The translations under genes were made by a program, and so were the position numbers. A stretch of 51,171 bases of DNA, filler included, from Catajapyx aquilonaris (Eukaryota), in the NCBI GenBank assembly GCA_000934665.2. It is 2 parts of 2 records of this genome, joined end to end, with 100 filler letters (N's around TTAATTAATTAA, not from the genome) between each part and the next. Parts side by side here need not be neighbours in the genome. Positions count along the whole stretch, not along the records: positions 1 to 25,536 come from JYFJ02005353.1; 1 more part is not named here. One strand, 5' to 3'. Of the stretch, positions 9,473 to 20,751 are shown piece by piece. Each line of letters begins with the position of its first letter. Position 1 is the stretch's first letter. The notes beneath the pieces are model-generated. The model was not told the origin of the DNA. It ran no database searches and saw nothing but the letters and a program-made list of their open reading frames with translations.

Positions 9473-12400
9473 ATGACGAGGAAACCGTCGTACGGATGTG
9501 TGGGTAATTATTGATCTGTACTTAGTGTTCCCAATTACATATTTATTATTCTTATTAAACAATGACCACACAATATCCACTTTTTCTTTTTCTTTTGTTG
9601 AGAATATTGAAGACCCCCTCTTTGAGATGCTAAAGTATGTTCGGACAGATCTTTGTAGGTGAGATGCACGCAAGTAATTTCCAGCTGTACGTCTTATTAA
9701 TTATCGTTACACTGCGGACTGGACGACCTTTGGTTGGTCAGCGTCTGGCCCGCTCCAGTGCGTCCAGCTGCTCGTTGAGAATGGCCTGGAGGTCAAGCTG
9801 GTTCAGGTGCGCCTGGATCTCCCGCTTCACTGGGACCTCCACCGCGTCCACAATCTGCTTCCTGAACACGTTCGGAAGGACGTTCATCACAAGCTCAATT
9901 GCGTAATCCAAGGTCCCCGCACCGTGAGATGTCACCTGTACAGATCCAGCAATTAGCATATGTTTTTTCCGTAAATTAAAAAGGCGTACCTGGAAGTTCC
10001 CGAGGGTGACCTGCAAGTCTTCAAGCACCGGCTTCTTGTCCAGATTAGCCGATTGCGACAGGATGATGAAGATGTTGAATGAGTCGAGAGCGAACTTCAA
10101 TCGGCCGGTTCTGGAGTAAAATGCAGTGCCGACGGTCCAATCGCAGCTTCCTCGTAGCCGTGACGTCCCGACGCTCACAGTCACATGTCCCGCATGCTCT
10201 TCGTACCCGACGGTCACATTCCCGGTACGATGTACCGTCGACAGGCCGTGCACAATCCCGTTATCTAGCCGAATCTGTCAGCAAAAATTGAGAGTGCAAT
10301 GTGCCGCTTGCGAATTGCGGAAACGTACCTTAATCCACGAGTCGCTCCGGTACGGCGGAAGCTTCAGCGGATCCAGACCCAGCTTCTTGATCTCCTCTCG
10401 GGCTATCGAAATGGCAAGATCAATGGGCGCGACTGAATCCGGAAAACGCTGGGGAAGTTCCCCAAGTTTCTGGTCCAGCTCGCCTTTGACCTGATCGTTC
10501 ACTTGTCCCAACACCATCGGCTTAACGCTATCGAATATGAAAGCGCCAACCGAGTTGACAATTCCTTGGAAGAAACGTCCGAGAAGGCCGAGGTTGTCGA
10601 ACGTTATCTGAATATCGGCGAACTTGATGTCCATGTCGATATCGCCTGATTGAAGCTTGCCGTCACGTCCGACTTTCAATCCGACGACACCATCGCCGTA
10701 CACATCGATCACAGTCACGTTGAAGTTTCCACTTGAACTAGTCAGCCAGCTTGACATCGAGTATTTCCCAAGTACCTGTAACCATCGACTTATACTTCCG
10801 CTTGTACTGTACAGACACTACTGACCTGTAATGCTTCGAGATGTATCCCAACTGATACTTGCAAAGCCGCCAAGTCCGCCCTCGCATGTTCAAGCCGAAA
10901 CCTGGACAGCCCATGCACTTTCGCACGTTTGAAGTCCACGGCCGTACCTGAGAATCGTTGGGTCATATCCGGTATGGGCATCGGATCCTCAACAGGCGCA
11001 CCGGGTATGCCAACCGGATCGTCCTGCTTGAAATGCTCGATCAGATCCTCAACCTGCTGGCGGATCTTCGGATCTAACGCTCGCTTGTGGCGTACAACCG
11101 GATCATACGAGACTGTACACACTGCGGTACCGGGTATCGGAAACTTGCATGTGACTCCATCTGAAATTAAACCGGATACAACCAGCCGATGTACGTTACA
11201 ACAAATAGTTGCACTTACTTTCCGGTACGACCAACGACGATACCGCACCGCACGTCACCAGCAACAACACACCAAGTCTCCCCTCCATTGCGTCCAAATG
11301 GCGGATCAAACGGCCAGCTCTCAATTGAGTGAAGCAGGATGCAAAATTAAGTTTGATTGTGAGGGGTTGTGAGGTCATCTCTGGCCGTCATCCAAGAGTG
11401 TCATGTTTGTTGTGTGATAAAAAGACAGGTCAAGGTCCGAGTCGTATTGAGCTGACAACCCAGATTTTTTTTCGCCTTGTTGAATCTAATTACATTTTAT
11501 TGCATTACAGATAATGGAAGTACAGTTGCGGAAATCGACGCCGCACGGCATCGAAAAGTTGCGTATGAGTACCTGTGCCATCTGGAGGAAGCCAAAGTGT
11601 ACGTTGCGTTCCGTGTTGGACAGTACCGTGTACTAATTAACGACTTAATTACAGATGGATCGAATCGTGTATTGACGAGGAGCTTCCGCCCACACCGGTA
11701 CTCGAAGAGAACCTTCGCAATGGCGTTTACCTGGCGAAGTTGGCCAGCTTCTTCGCTCCGAGCGTCGTATCCCGCGAGAAGATTTACGATGCGTATCAGG
11801 AAAAGTATGCGAGTCACGGACTGCAGTTTCGACATACTGAAAACATCAGCAGGTACCTGCAAGCCTTGCAGCATATCGGATTGCCAAAGGTGAGAGCTCG
11901 TTATGAAAACGATGTGGACGATTAACCCGGCGTCGTTTCAGATTTTTCATCCGGAGACGACGGACATTTACGAGCGGAAAAACATGCCTCGTGCGGTCTA
12001 CTCCGTACATGCACTTGGGTTGTACTTGTACCGACTCGGACGTGCTCCTGCTTTGCAAGATTTGTTGGGGAAAGCGACGTTCACGGCGGACGAGGTGGCG
12101 AAGATGGCAGCGGAACTGAAGCGTCGAGGCATGGGACTAATGCCGCAGTTTGGCCGCATCGGTGGGATGTTAGCTCGTGATCTTCCAAAGAACGAAGCTG
12201 AAGTTCATGCCGCCATAATCGCAATCAATGTCGCCATCCTGAAAGGCGAAGTCGAGCCGACTATAGCGGCTTTAATGGAATCGGCTGCCGGGTTAAAGAG
12301 TTTGGAGAAGGGATTGGGCGAGAGATACCAGCGAGAGTTGAGCGTGCGGAAGGAGGAAAAGCGGCAGGAAGCTGCGGAGAAGGTGCGTACGTAACTACCT

Positions 12401-15400
12401 TTATCGGCATTGTCTGACTATCCGACATTTCAGTCGCGTGATGCGGATTATGTCCCGGACGCATACGACGAGATGCTAACCAAATCGGAGATCCAAACGG
12501 CCATAACTGACGTCAACAGTAAGTTCGAGTAGCATCTGGCCGCACTTAGCCTAATCCGCTTTTTCCATCTAGTTGCAGCTGCGATCGAGCAAATCGCAAG
12601 ATGCGTCCATTCGGGAGATGCTAAAAACTTGTTCGCCGCACTGAGCTACAATCATATTGGCTTGAAGGTACGTACGGTTGATGGCTTAATTTGAACTCTT
12701 AATTACGGTGTCTTTTCGTAGGGATTGAACGCGGCTAACAAGGAGATGTACCTGGTGCGGTTGGGCCGGATTTTGTCGAAGCCCAGTCGTAACAACAATA
12801 CGGGAAACATTGATCGTGATGGAATTCAGAGGGTCATTCGGGAGTGCAACGAGGAAGCTAGTTCGACTGCGAAACGTACGTTCGATGTTGCGTGAACTGT
12901 GCGGATACTAATTGTCATGTTGCAGGCGACAAAGCGGTTGCGGATGTCAATTCGGCGCTGACCCGAGACGACCCAGACCGAACCATGGCCGCTTTGAAGA
13001 TTGCGTTTGAATGCGAGGCGACCAGTTGCGACTTCGCAGCCGTGTTGTACCATGAGGAAATGCGGTCAGTCCGTGCCGACCTTGCCCGCGACTTGACGGC
13101 TGAAGAAGTGAGAAGCGGAGTGGCTATGTTACATGCAGTCGCAACCGTCACCGTGTTGTTGCTCTCTCGGAAACCCGGGTCGATGGAAGCCGTTTGGAAG
13201 GCGCTAAACTCGCCTCGGATTCACTTGGAGGTTTGCATTATCGCGAGACTGTCATTATGTGTTCCTCATTACGTAATTTTCCGCAGGGTCTGGAGGCCGA
13301 CTTGAAGTCGAGGTACTTCCAAGCTCTGTGCCATATGCAGGAGTTGAAGGTCGGGCGACAAGAACGGTGCTTGCTGCTGACCCATCTTGACCTGCAGGAT
13401 TGTGTCGACCTTGTGAACATGCGATGCGCCGAGGATAATGAGAGTGAGCACTTTGCGCTGTTGCGATTTATGGAAGGTAATGCTTTTTGATTCGCAGAGA
13501 TCGAAGCGCTTGGGAGCCTCAATCTGGCGATGGAGATGCAGGATATGGATGCGACCATGGCCGCCTTGCGTCTACCGGCTTTCGGATTGACTCCGGATCA
13601 GCTTCACTCGCCTGCGCATTTGTACGGAATTCTCCGCAGCTGTTTCGACGCCAAGAAGGCCGACACTGGAGACGTCGATGCCACTCTTTGGCTTGAGGAT
13701 GTCCAGCGATGCGTCGGTCAGTCCGCATCCGACTCGGCAATTGCGGCTCAAATATGCGCTGAACTCTCGGAGATCAACCGGCTCGTCGACGCTAATGATG
13801 AGAAGCGGCTCGTTAGGGCCATTGACAAGTCGGGATTGAAATTACATGTTGATCGCAATCGCAAGGGGTACATTGCAGCGTTACGGACGCGGAAGATGGG
13901 CAAGTCCGGTGGCGATTGGGTCACACACCAGCTGCGGGACGGACTGTCAGTGAGTCTGAACCTGGCTACTTTAGAGCACCGATGGGACGCAACGAGCGAA
14001 CAAAGCCGGTTCTTATCTTCCGAGGATATTCGGGTAAGTTCTCGAACTTGTCGCAACTTGTTCAGTACCTTAATTGTTTTACGCTACAGGCTGTGATCCA
14101 AGGAACGACTGACGACACCGCAATTCGTGAGCAACTATGTGTCCGTCTGCAGGCCGTTGTTCGCGGCTACCTGGCTCGTAAGCGCTTCAGACGCATCCGG
14201 CTCATTACCCGTTTGCAAGCCCGCTGTCGGGGGAAGCTAGCCCGTTTGGCATTCGCCTCACGTCTGCAGTCCGAGATTGAAAAGCGGAAACGGCAGCAGA
14301 TAGATCCGCAGCAAGCAGCCGTCACGATTCAGAGAGCTTGGCGGGAAAGCCGGTCGCGACTTCTAGCGTCGCTGGTGTCCAACGCGCCTTCGTTGGAGGC
14401 CGTCCGACGCTGCATACACTTACTGGACGTATCGGACGTTGACTTGAACGAAGAGCAGGCGATGCAGGCGTTGAAGGCCAAAGTCGTGCGGGCCATACGT
14501 GGAAACCAGCAGCTTGAGAGGGACTTGGACCGGATGGACATTCGCATCGGGCTTCTCGTTCGCAACAGGATGACTCTACAGGTGCTGCACTGGTGTACCC
14601 TTCGTAAATGCAAGCTGACCGTTTTTTTCCGTAGGATGCGCCTCATCATGAAGAGACGTCCTGTTCTACAATGACCCGCGGATTGAAAGGCCTGAACCGC
14701 TGTAGCCGAGAGCGGCTCGAGTCGTACCAGCACCTGTTCTACCTCCTGCAGACCCGTCCGCACTATTTGGCTAAGCTGATGTTCCTGCTTCCTCCGAGCC
14801 GCACCACAAAGTTCCTGGAGACTGTGGCGCTAAGCGTGTTCAATTTCGGCGCGAACCAACGTGAGGAGTACTTGCTCTTGAAGCTGTTCGAGACTGCACT
14901 TCGAGAAGAGGTTAGTCACACTCCTGAAATGATCCCAGATTTTACTTTTAAAAGCGACAAATTTCAGGTACGAGTGAAGGTGGAGAAAGTGAGCGACGTT
15001 ATAACCGGAAATCCGATGGTCGTCCGCATGATAGTGAACTACAATCGCAACGAACGAGGTCAGTCGTCGCTGCGTGACCTTCTCGGCCCGCTTGTGACTC
15101 GTCTGTTGGCCGATCGCAACCTGCACATCTCGACGAACCCAGTCGAAGTGTACAAGGCTTGGGTAAGCCAGATGGAGACGCAGACTGGCAAGCCAGCCGG
15201 ATTGCCCTACAGCTGCACTCAAGAGGAGGCCTTAGCTCACGAGGTCGTCCGTAAGCGGCTGGAGCAAGCCATTGAGAGTCTGAAGTGGTGGACCAGCAAG
15301 TTTTTAGGACGGATCGTGCGCTATCGGGACAGGATACCGTACGGGATGCTGTACATGGGACGGGTGATGGCCGAAGCGCTGAAAGAGAGGCATGTATTAC

Positions 15401-17393
15401 TTTAAGTACTGAACGTTTCGTACCAACCGTTTCGTACTGAGCATTTTGTACCAAACGTTTTGTACCGAACTGTTTGTACTGAACATTTCACACCGACCAT
15501 TTCGTACCGAACTGTTTGTATTGAACATTTCGTACCGAACATTAAATACTGAAAGTTTAGTACGGAACATTTCATACTGAACTGTTTGTAATGAACATTT
15601 CGTACCCAACATTTTGTGCCGAACGTTAAATACTGAAAGGTTCGTACTGAACGTTTTGTACCGAACATTAAAATGCTGAAAGTTTCGTACTGAACATTTC
15701 GTACCGAATATCTTGAACCAAACGATTCTGTTGCAGGTTTCCGCAGTGTGCCGAGAAGGATATTTTGAAGGCGGTCGGAAACTTGGTGTACTACCGATTC
15801 CTGAACTCGGCTGTGGTTGCTCCGGATGCGTTCGATATCGTACCAGCTTCGGCCGACCGTCCACTTACGAACGACCAAAGGCGGAACTTAGGAAGCGTCG
15901 CTAAGATTCTACAATTTGCCTCGACCAAAAAAGGATTTGGTGACGAGTCGCCCCATCTCGTGTGCCTCAACTCCTTCATCGTCGAGTGTCACGAGCGATT
16001 CAAATCCTTCTTCCGACAGTGCTGCCAGGTCTGTTTGTCTCATTAATCGTCATAACGTTAGCTCAAATTTTGATGATTTCAGGTCGACCCACCGGAAGAT
16101 CGCTTTGGAATCGATCGGTACTCCGAAGCGACTCTCATATCAAAGCCTGTTGTGTACCTGACTGTCCAGGAAGTCGTAGATACCCATCAGCTGCTGGTGG
16201 ACAATCTGAAGGAGTTGGCGCCTGATCCAAACGATCCGCTGCATGAGCTTCTGAGCGATCTGGGGCTTGTGCCTGCGGTTGCGGAACTGGTCTCGGATGA
16301 CCCGACGAATGGCGATGCGGTCATGGGGAAGTCCGAAGTCTGCTTGACGCTTAATGACAAGTTCGGAGGAAGCATCGGGGTGGACGAAAGCGCTTCGGAG
16401 ATGGAAGAGCTGCTTGTTAGGTAAGTGTTCGTACTGCCAGCAGCGTATGAAGTTAACTTGTCATGTACCTACAGGACGAAAAGGATGCTGGTGTCGCTGC
16501 TTCCTTGCACTGACAACGCGTCGTTGCCGGAAGCCCTGGCTGCGGCTACGACTCAGCGGCAAGAGTCACTGTTCGTGTCCCTGCAGGAACGACGACTCGA
16601 GCGGGATCGGAGGGCACAAGCGGATCAAAGCATACTCCGCAGGGAAAACTCATTCCTGGAGCATAAGTGAGTCCGCACAGTACTCGTTTACCACACGGTT
16701 TTTTTGACGTGTCCGGCGCTAACATGTCCAATTGCAGGACCAGCCTGGCCGCCCTGAAGTCGCATGCCATGCACAACCTGCATGTGCTTGAAACTGTCGG
16801 ATTGGTGACACCATCGGATGGGTACCAATCGGTGCTGACCTCCCTGGCACGATCCATCACCGAGTCGGCGCGGCACAGGGAAACGAGGCGGTCCGAGCTG
16901 ATCCGACTCACCCGCACCTACTCGGACCTGGAAGCCAAGCGCCACTTTTACGAGGACCAGCGTCGCTCGTACGAACTGTACTTGCGGAAATGCCTCGACA
17001 GCATGTCAACGTCAGTTAAGGAGGAAGGGAAGTCGATTAAGTACACCGGCGCTAAGCTGCATGAGCGAGGCGTACTGTTAGGCATCGAAGGACTTCCGCA
17101 TGGACAGCTTCGGAACGTCCAGTTTGAGATCACTCCGACAGGTACGTGCACACATCCGATCAAACAATGCGATTGGTAACAACACTTTTTTTGAAGGTCG
17201 AAAAGGCGGATTGTTCGAGGTTCAGGCCAAGTTTCTCGGAGTGGCGATGGAGCGGGTTGAGTTGGATATTCAGGAGCTTCTTCGACTCCAGTTCGACGGT
17301 GTTGCCGTGATGGATATGTTCGGAAAGGCGAGGGTCAACGTCAACCTGATTCTCCATCTGCTGAACCGCAAGTTCTATGGGAAGGGCAAGTGA
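9473..17393 (+). CDS. IQGAP1: Ras GTPase-activating-like scaffold protein IQGAP (~1579 aa)
   Basis: Exons 9473-9503 (inferred), 11511-11598, 11655-11889, 11942-12382, 12434-12518, 12573-12667, 12722-12875, 12926-13230, 13287-13443, 13498-14033, 14090-14581, 14635-14910, 14968-15389, 15737-16028, 16083-16420, 16475-16666, 16738-17141, 17197-17393; all phases consistent. CH domain AYEYLCHLEEAK..LEENLRNGVYLAKL and PETTDIYERKNMPR; three IQ motifs; GRD YYRFLNSAVVAPDAF; C-terminus NVNLILHLLNRKFYGK. Confidence 0.95.
9738..11288 (-). CDS. Secreted JHBP/takeout-like plus group-7-allergen-like (tubular lipid-binding) protein, ~444 aa
   Basis: Exons 11288-11219, 11160-10826, 10775-10329, 10274-9990, 9935-9738; GT-AG, phases 1,0,0,0. 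Signal peptide MEGRLGVLLLVTCGAVSS. Arthropod-type motifs EHFKQDDPVGIPGAPVEDPMPIPDM, VHGLS..(x2) and DPLKLP. The family assignment is from memory. Confidence 0.8.
15405..15718. repeat. ~15-bp tandem repeat (TTTCGTACCGAACAT-like) in IQGAP intron 13
   Basis: About 20 degenerate copies of GTAC(C/T)GAAC. Confidence 0.9.
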
Positions 17394-17979
17394 AGACTTA
17401 ACGGGATACTTTTGACGCTAATTATTCTCTCTTTAAAATGTGTTGCGTTTTCTAAAAATGCGACTGCCTGATGTTCTTCCATGACTTAAAGCCAAATATG
17501 TATGACAGTACGAAACGTTTAAAAGATATTGTTGTGCTGCCTTTGTGACACTTGGTGTCTGATCTTGTAAGACTTTCCGTTGCTTTCCGTTAATTTTTTT
17601 TGATATTTTGGTAGCGTTAGACATCAACAGCCTTTCCGCATTTATGTTTTACGTAGGATTGTGTCACTGTTTGTAACACGTACTTTTGCTCGTAGCTTTC
17701 AAGGTTCGGTGTCGTAAAAAAAGTAACGATGCAATGGATGTATTTTTCATACTTTTTTTGGTGTATATTTTAATAACATGTTCAAAAAAATATGACAATA
17801 AACTCTACTGGATCTTTTGCTGGATACCAAATTATTTTTATTGGGCGTGAAACTGGTTAACAACGAACCATGCACATTTTTGAATATGGGCGCGGAAAAT
17901 TATTTTTGAATCAAAACCACCTTCGATGCAATTGAGCGAAGGACAGTACTGTCGATTTAGTAACAATTAGTGTACGCTG

Positions 17980-18335
17980 CTAATTATCTGGTGGATTCAT
18001 GCCGTCCGAACCTTCGTCAGCGATTTTGTCCGCACGAGTCGGCTTGGATGCGATTGACCTGGTGCAACGATCTGAAAATAATTGCGCAATTAGCGATTTT
18101 TTCCCCCCCATTTGTATATTAAAACGTATGGTTTCTCACCAGATCTTAGGTCGGGAACCAACACTGTTTGTGTCCATCGACATGGACAGTGGGTGCCCCT
18201 CCCGCGGTTTCTTTTCTTGAGTCCGTTTGGAACGTTGCCTTGGTTCACACTACTCAGGAGTGCAGCCTGCCTTGTTGCGAATGAGTTCGGCAGCTGGATC
18301 GGCTGAAGGGCTTCCTTGCTGAGGGAATTTCCCAT
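17980..18335 (-). CDS. Putative small N-myristoylated orphan protein A (MGNSLSKEA..., ~95 aa if spliced)
   Basis: ATG at 18335. Exon 18335-18140 (G|GTGAGA), 68-nt intron, TTTTCAG| exon 18071-17980 in frame to TAG. The unspliced ORF ends at 18090. N-terminus is paralogous to that at 18953. Confidence 0.5.
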
Positions 18336-18716
18336 CGTCTTATGTAACGTAAGAGTTGCAACTCCGAGAGCAACGAAGACAACAGTACCACCCAGTACCT
18401 TCGTGTCATCAAAAATGAACAAGCCGTTGAACTCCAGACATACCGTCCTAATTATTCCGTGAACAGGACAATTGACATTTTTCTCAAAAAGTCGTGCGTC
18501 TCATAACGACTCGTATTTCCGCATGTAATTATGCCGATGCTATTTGCGTCTGGAGGGGATCGTCTTTCGCAGGGCTTATCAGGGACAGGAAGCTCATGGA
18601 ATTTTATTGTCTGGCCAACGGGGTCAACAACTATGAAGTTTGCGTCATGTCGGATAATAATAATTAACAGATCATTTTTTTTATGGGTTTTATTTCAAGT
18701 AAGTGTTACAAACGAC

Positions 18717-18953
18717 TCAGAGCCTTTCCTCATATTTGAAGGTAGGGGCGGTAAGAAGCTTCTTTGTGTCGCGTGAATGTGCCTTGACGGACTTTGGAAC
18801 CGCGGCCATTTCCACCCTGTAAACCGTGCACTTCTTGAGTACGTTTCGGGATTTGGGTTGGTACCGTTGGCTCATGAAATGAGTGTTTCCGTCTGGTTTG
18901 GGTATAAGCTCCCGCGACTGCATGTTGGCTTCTTTGCTCAGGCAGTTTCCCAT
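18717..18953 (-). CDS. Putative small N-myristoylated orphan protein B (MGNCLSKEA..., 78 aa)
   Basis: Acceptor GTTACAG 8 nt upstream of the ATG, donor G|GTAAGT near 19120, and AATAAA about 23 nt after the stop. Confidence 0.55.
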   Translation of the reverse strand: MGNCLSKEANMQSRELIPKPDGNTHFMSQRYQPKSRNVLKKCTVYRVEMAAVPKSVKAHSRDTKKLLTAPTFKYEERL

Positions 18954-19803
18954 AGTCCGAGCTGTAACAAGCGGCTTGCTTTAGTGCGATGTATTATTTT
19001 CCGTTATTAGTAGCTTTTGAACCGTTGTAGGAGCTGAAATTAGCGGCTACAACCGTAGATTATAGGTGAAATAATAATTCTATGAACTCGGATTTCATAG
19101 AACCGCACAATACGTACTTACCCGTAACTTCCAAGATGGTTAACCGAATAAGCAGTGTCGAGTTTAATTGAAGCGTCCAGCTAACGTCTTCCCAACGGCC
19201 ACATCCTCTCGAGCACACTCTTGCGAACAAAATAAGCCCCTTCCTGACTGCAGCTGTGTGTGTCGGGTAGACGGATCGTCTTTCTCTGAACATGCTGACT
19301 AGTTAGGAGTAGTTCGAGGCTTATCGGCTGGAAAAGGAATGTCATTGTGATCTTGGGGGAATTATAATTATCAAAGAAATTGAAGGCTGAATGGTATAAT
19401 TTTTTTTCTATTAAACATCGTACATTTGCGGTGAGAGCTTTGTTGCATATTAATATTGAATTTTAGAAATTACGGGAATGAGCCCGGGTTCAGCCCAGTG
19501 TCCAGGCAACGGTAAATTGTCATACAGGATTGTAATAAGTAAATAAATGTGCCACCTGCCCATCAAGCCATTCCGAGGAATTATTTCCTTTTTGAGTTCC
19601 TCTGTGATCCAGATAAACAAGATCTGAGTCTGTGAATTCACGTCGCCAGTGGTGCGTCTCGAAGTGTTCGTACAGAGGTTCAGGTACAGTGCACTGGAAT
19701 GCAGGAAGCTCACAACCACTTATTCACTCACATCCTCTTTACTTCCAGGGTGGCTGCAGGCAGGACGTACGGATATTTTCTGGAGCTCATCAAGTGAGAA
19801 ATA

Positions 19804-20751
19804 ATGTCTAATATCCAGCATATGGTGTCGACTCAACAAACTCAACCATATTGCTTCAAGTGGACTATAGAAAAATATGAAGCAATAGTAGCAGAGAACA
19901 AATATATATCGTCCCAAGAATTTACAACTACTGGAGGACCAGAACCAAGAGAGTGGGAGATTGTGCTCTGGCCTAATGGTGATCGGAAGGGAAATCGCGG
20001 CCATGTCTCCCTTTACCTCCAGTACTTTCGAGATGAAGATAGCACTGATAGGGTCACAGCAACACTAAAGTTCACTATAAAGAGTGCCACCAACCAAGAT
20101 TATTCGTCACCTCAATTTCTTAGGGTATTTGGCAAGAAAATCACCTCCCTATCCTGGGGCATTGGTCAATTTATTTCTGTCAAAGAGTTAGCAAAGAGGG
20201 CAGCCGACCTCCTTCCTAATGGTACCCTGACTGTGGTTTGCGAGGGAGAGGTTTTTTTGGAGCGAAAGTATGAGGAAGTGGAAGTGAGTGCTGCGGTTAA
20301 TGGCCCCGGATTATCTGAAGATGTGCGGAAGACACTGACGTCAGATTTAACTATGGATGTAACATTGGTGGTAAATGGATCAGCGTTTCCAGTGCACAAG
20401 TATTTGCTTTGTGCTCGAAGCCCAGTGTTTGCAGCCATGTTTGAGCACGAGACTGAGGAAAAAATGACAGGCAAGGTCATTATCAAGGACTTCAGTCCTG
20501 AAGTGGTTCGGGGCCTCGTACACTTCATGTACTCTGATCAGACTCCAGAAGACATGCAGGTTGAAGTGGCAATGGAGCTCCTGGCAGCTGCGGATAAGTA
20601 CCAGATCCTTCGTCTGAAGTCCTTGTGTGAGCTTCACCTTACAAAATGTTTGACTCTGGAAACTGTATTCGGCGTTCTGGATTTGGCCATGATGCATAAC
20701 TCGTCAAGACTGAAGGAAGCATGTGTGCAGTTTGTCAAGTACAACATGTGA
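19804..20751 (+). CDS. MATH-BTB (speckle-type POZ protein-like), intronless CDS
   Basis: MATH: FKWTIEKY, WEIVLWPNGD, HVSLYL, SWGIGQFI. BTB: DVTLVV, FPVHKYLLCARSPVFAAMFEH, LLAAADKYQILRLKSLCE. Divergent from canonical SPOP/roadkill. Confidence 0.9.
   Translation: MSNIQHMVSTQQTQPYCFKWTIEKYEAIVAENKYISSQEFTTTGGPEPREWEIVLWPNGDRKGNRGHVSLYLQYFRDEDSTDRVTATLKFTIKSATNQDYSSPQFLRVFGKKITSLSWGIGQFISVKELAKRAADLLPNGTLTVVCEGEVFLERKYEEVEVSAAVNGPGLSEDVRKTLTSDLTMDVTLVVNGSAFPVHKYLLCARSPVFAAMFEHETEEKMTGKVIIKDFSPEVVRGLVHFMYSDQTPEDMQVEVAMELLAAADKYQILRLKSLCELHLTKCLTLETVFGVLDLAMMHNSSRLKEACVQFVKYNM

Noticed and set aside
11298..11328. IQGAP start at ATG 11298 (MADQTASSQL)
   Set aside because: Weak donor, no IQGAP similarity, and only 10 nt from the opposite gene's ATG; the exon at 9473 fits better.
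14990..15830. IQGAP with restored RasGAP activity (YYRFLN instead of YYRYMN)
   Set aside because: The arginine-finger position is still Thr (VITGNP), as in catalytically inactive IQGAPs.
15397..15878. 155-158 aa minus-strand ORFs
   Set aside because: They are translations of the 15-bp intronic repeat plus antisense IQGAP exon.
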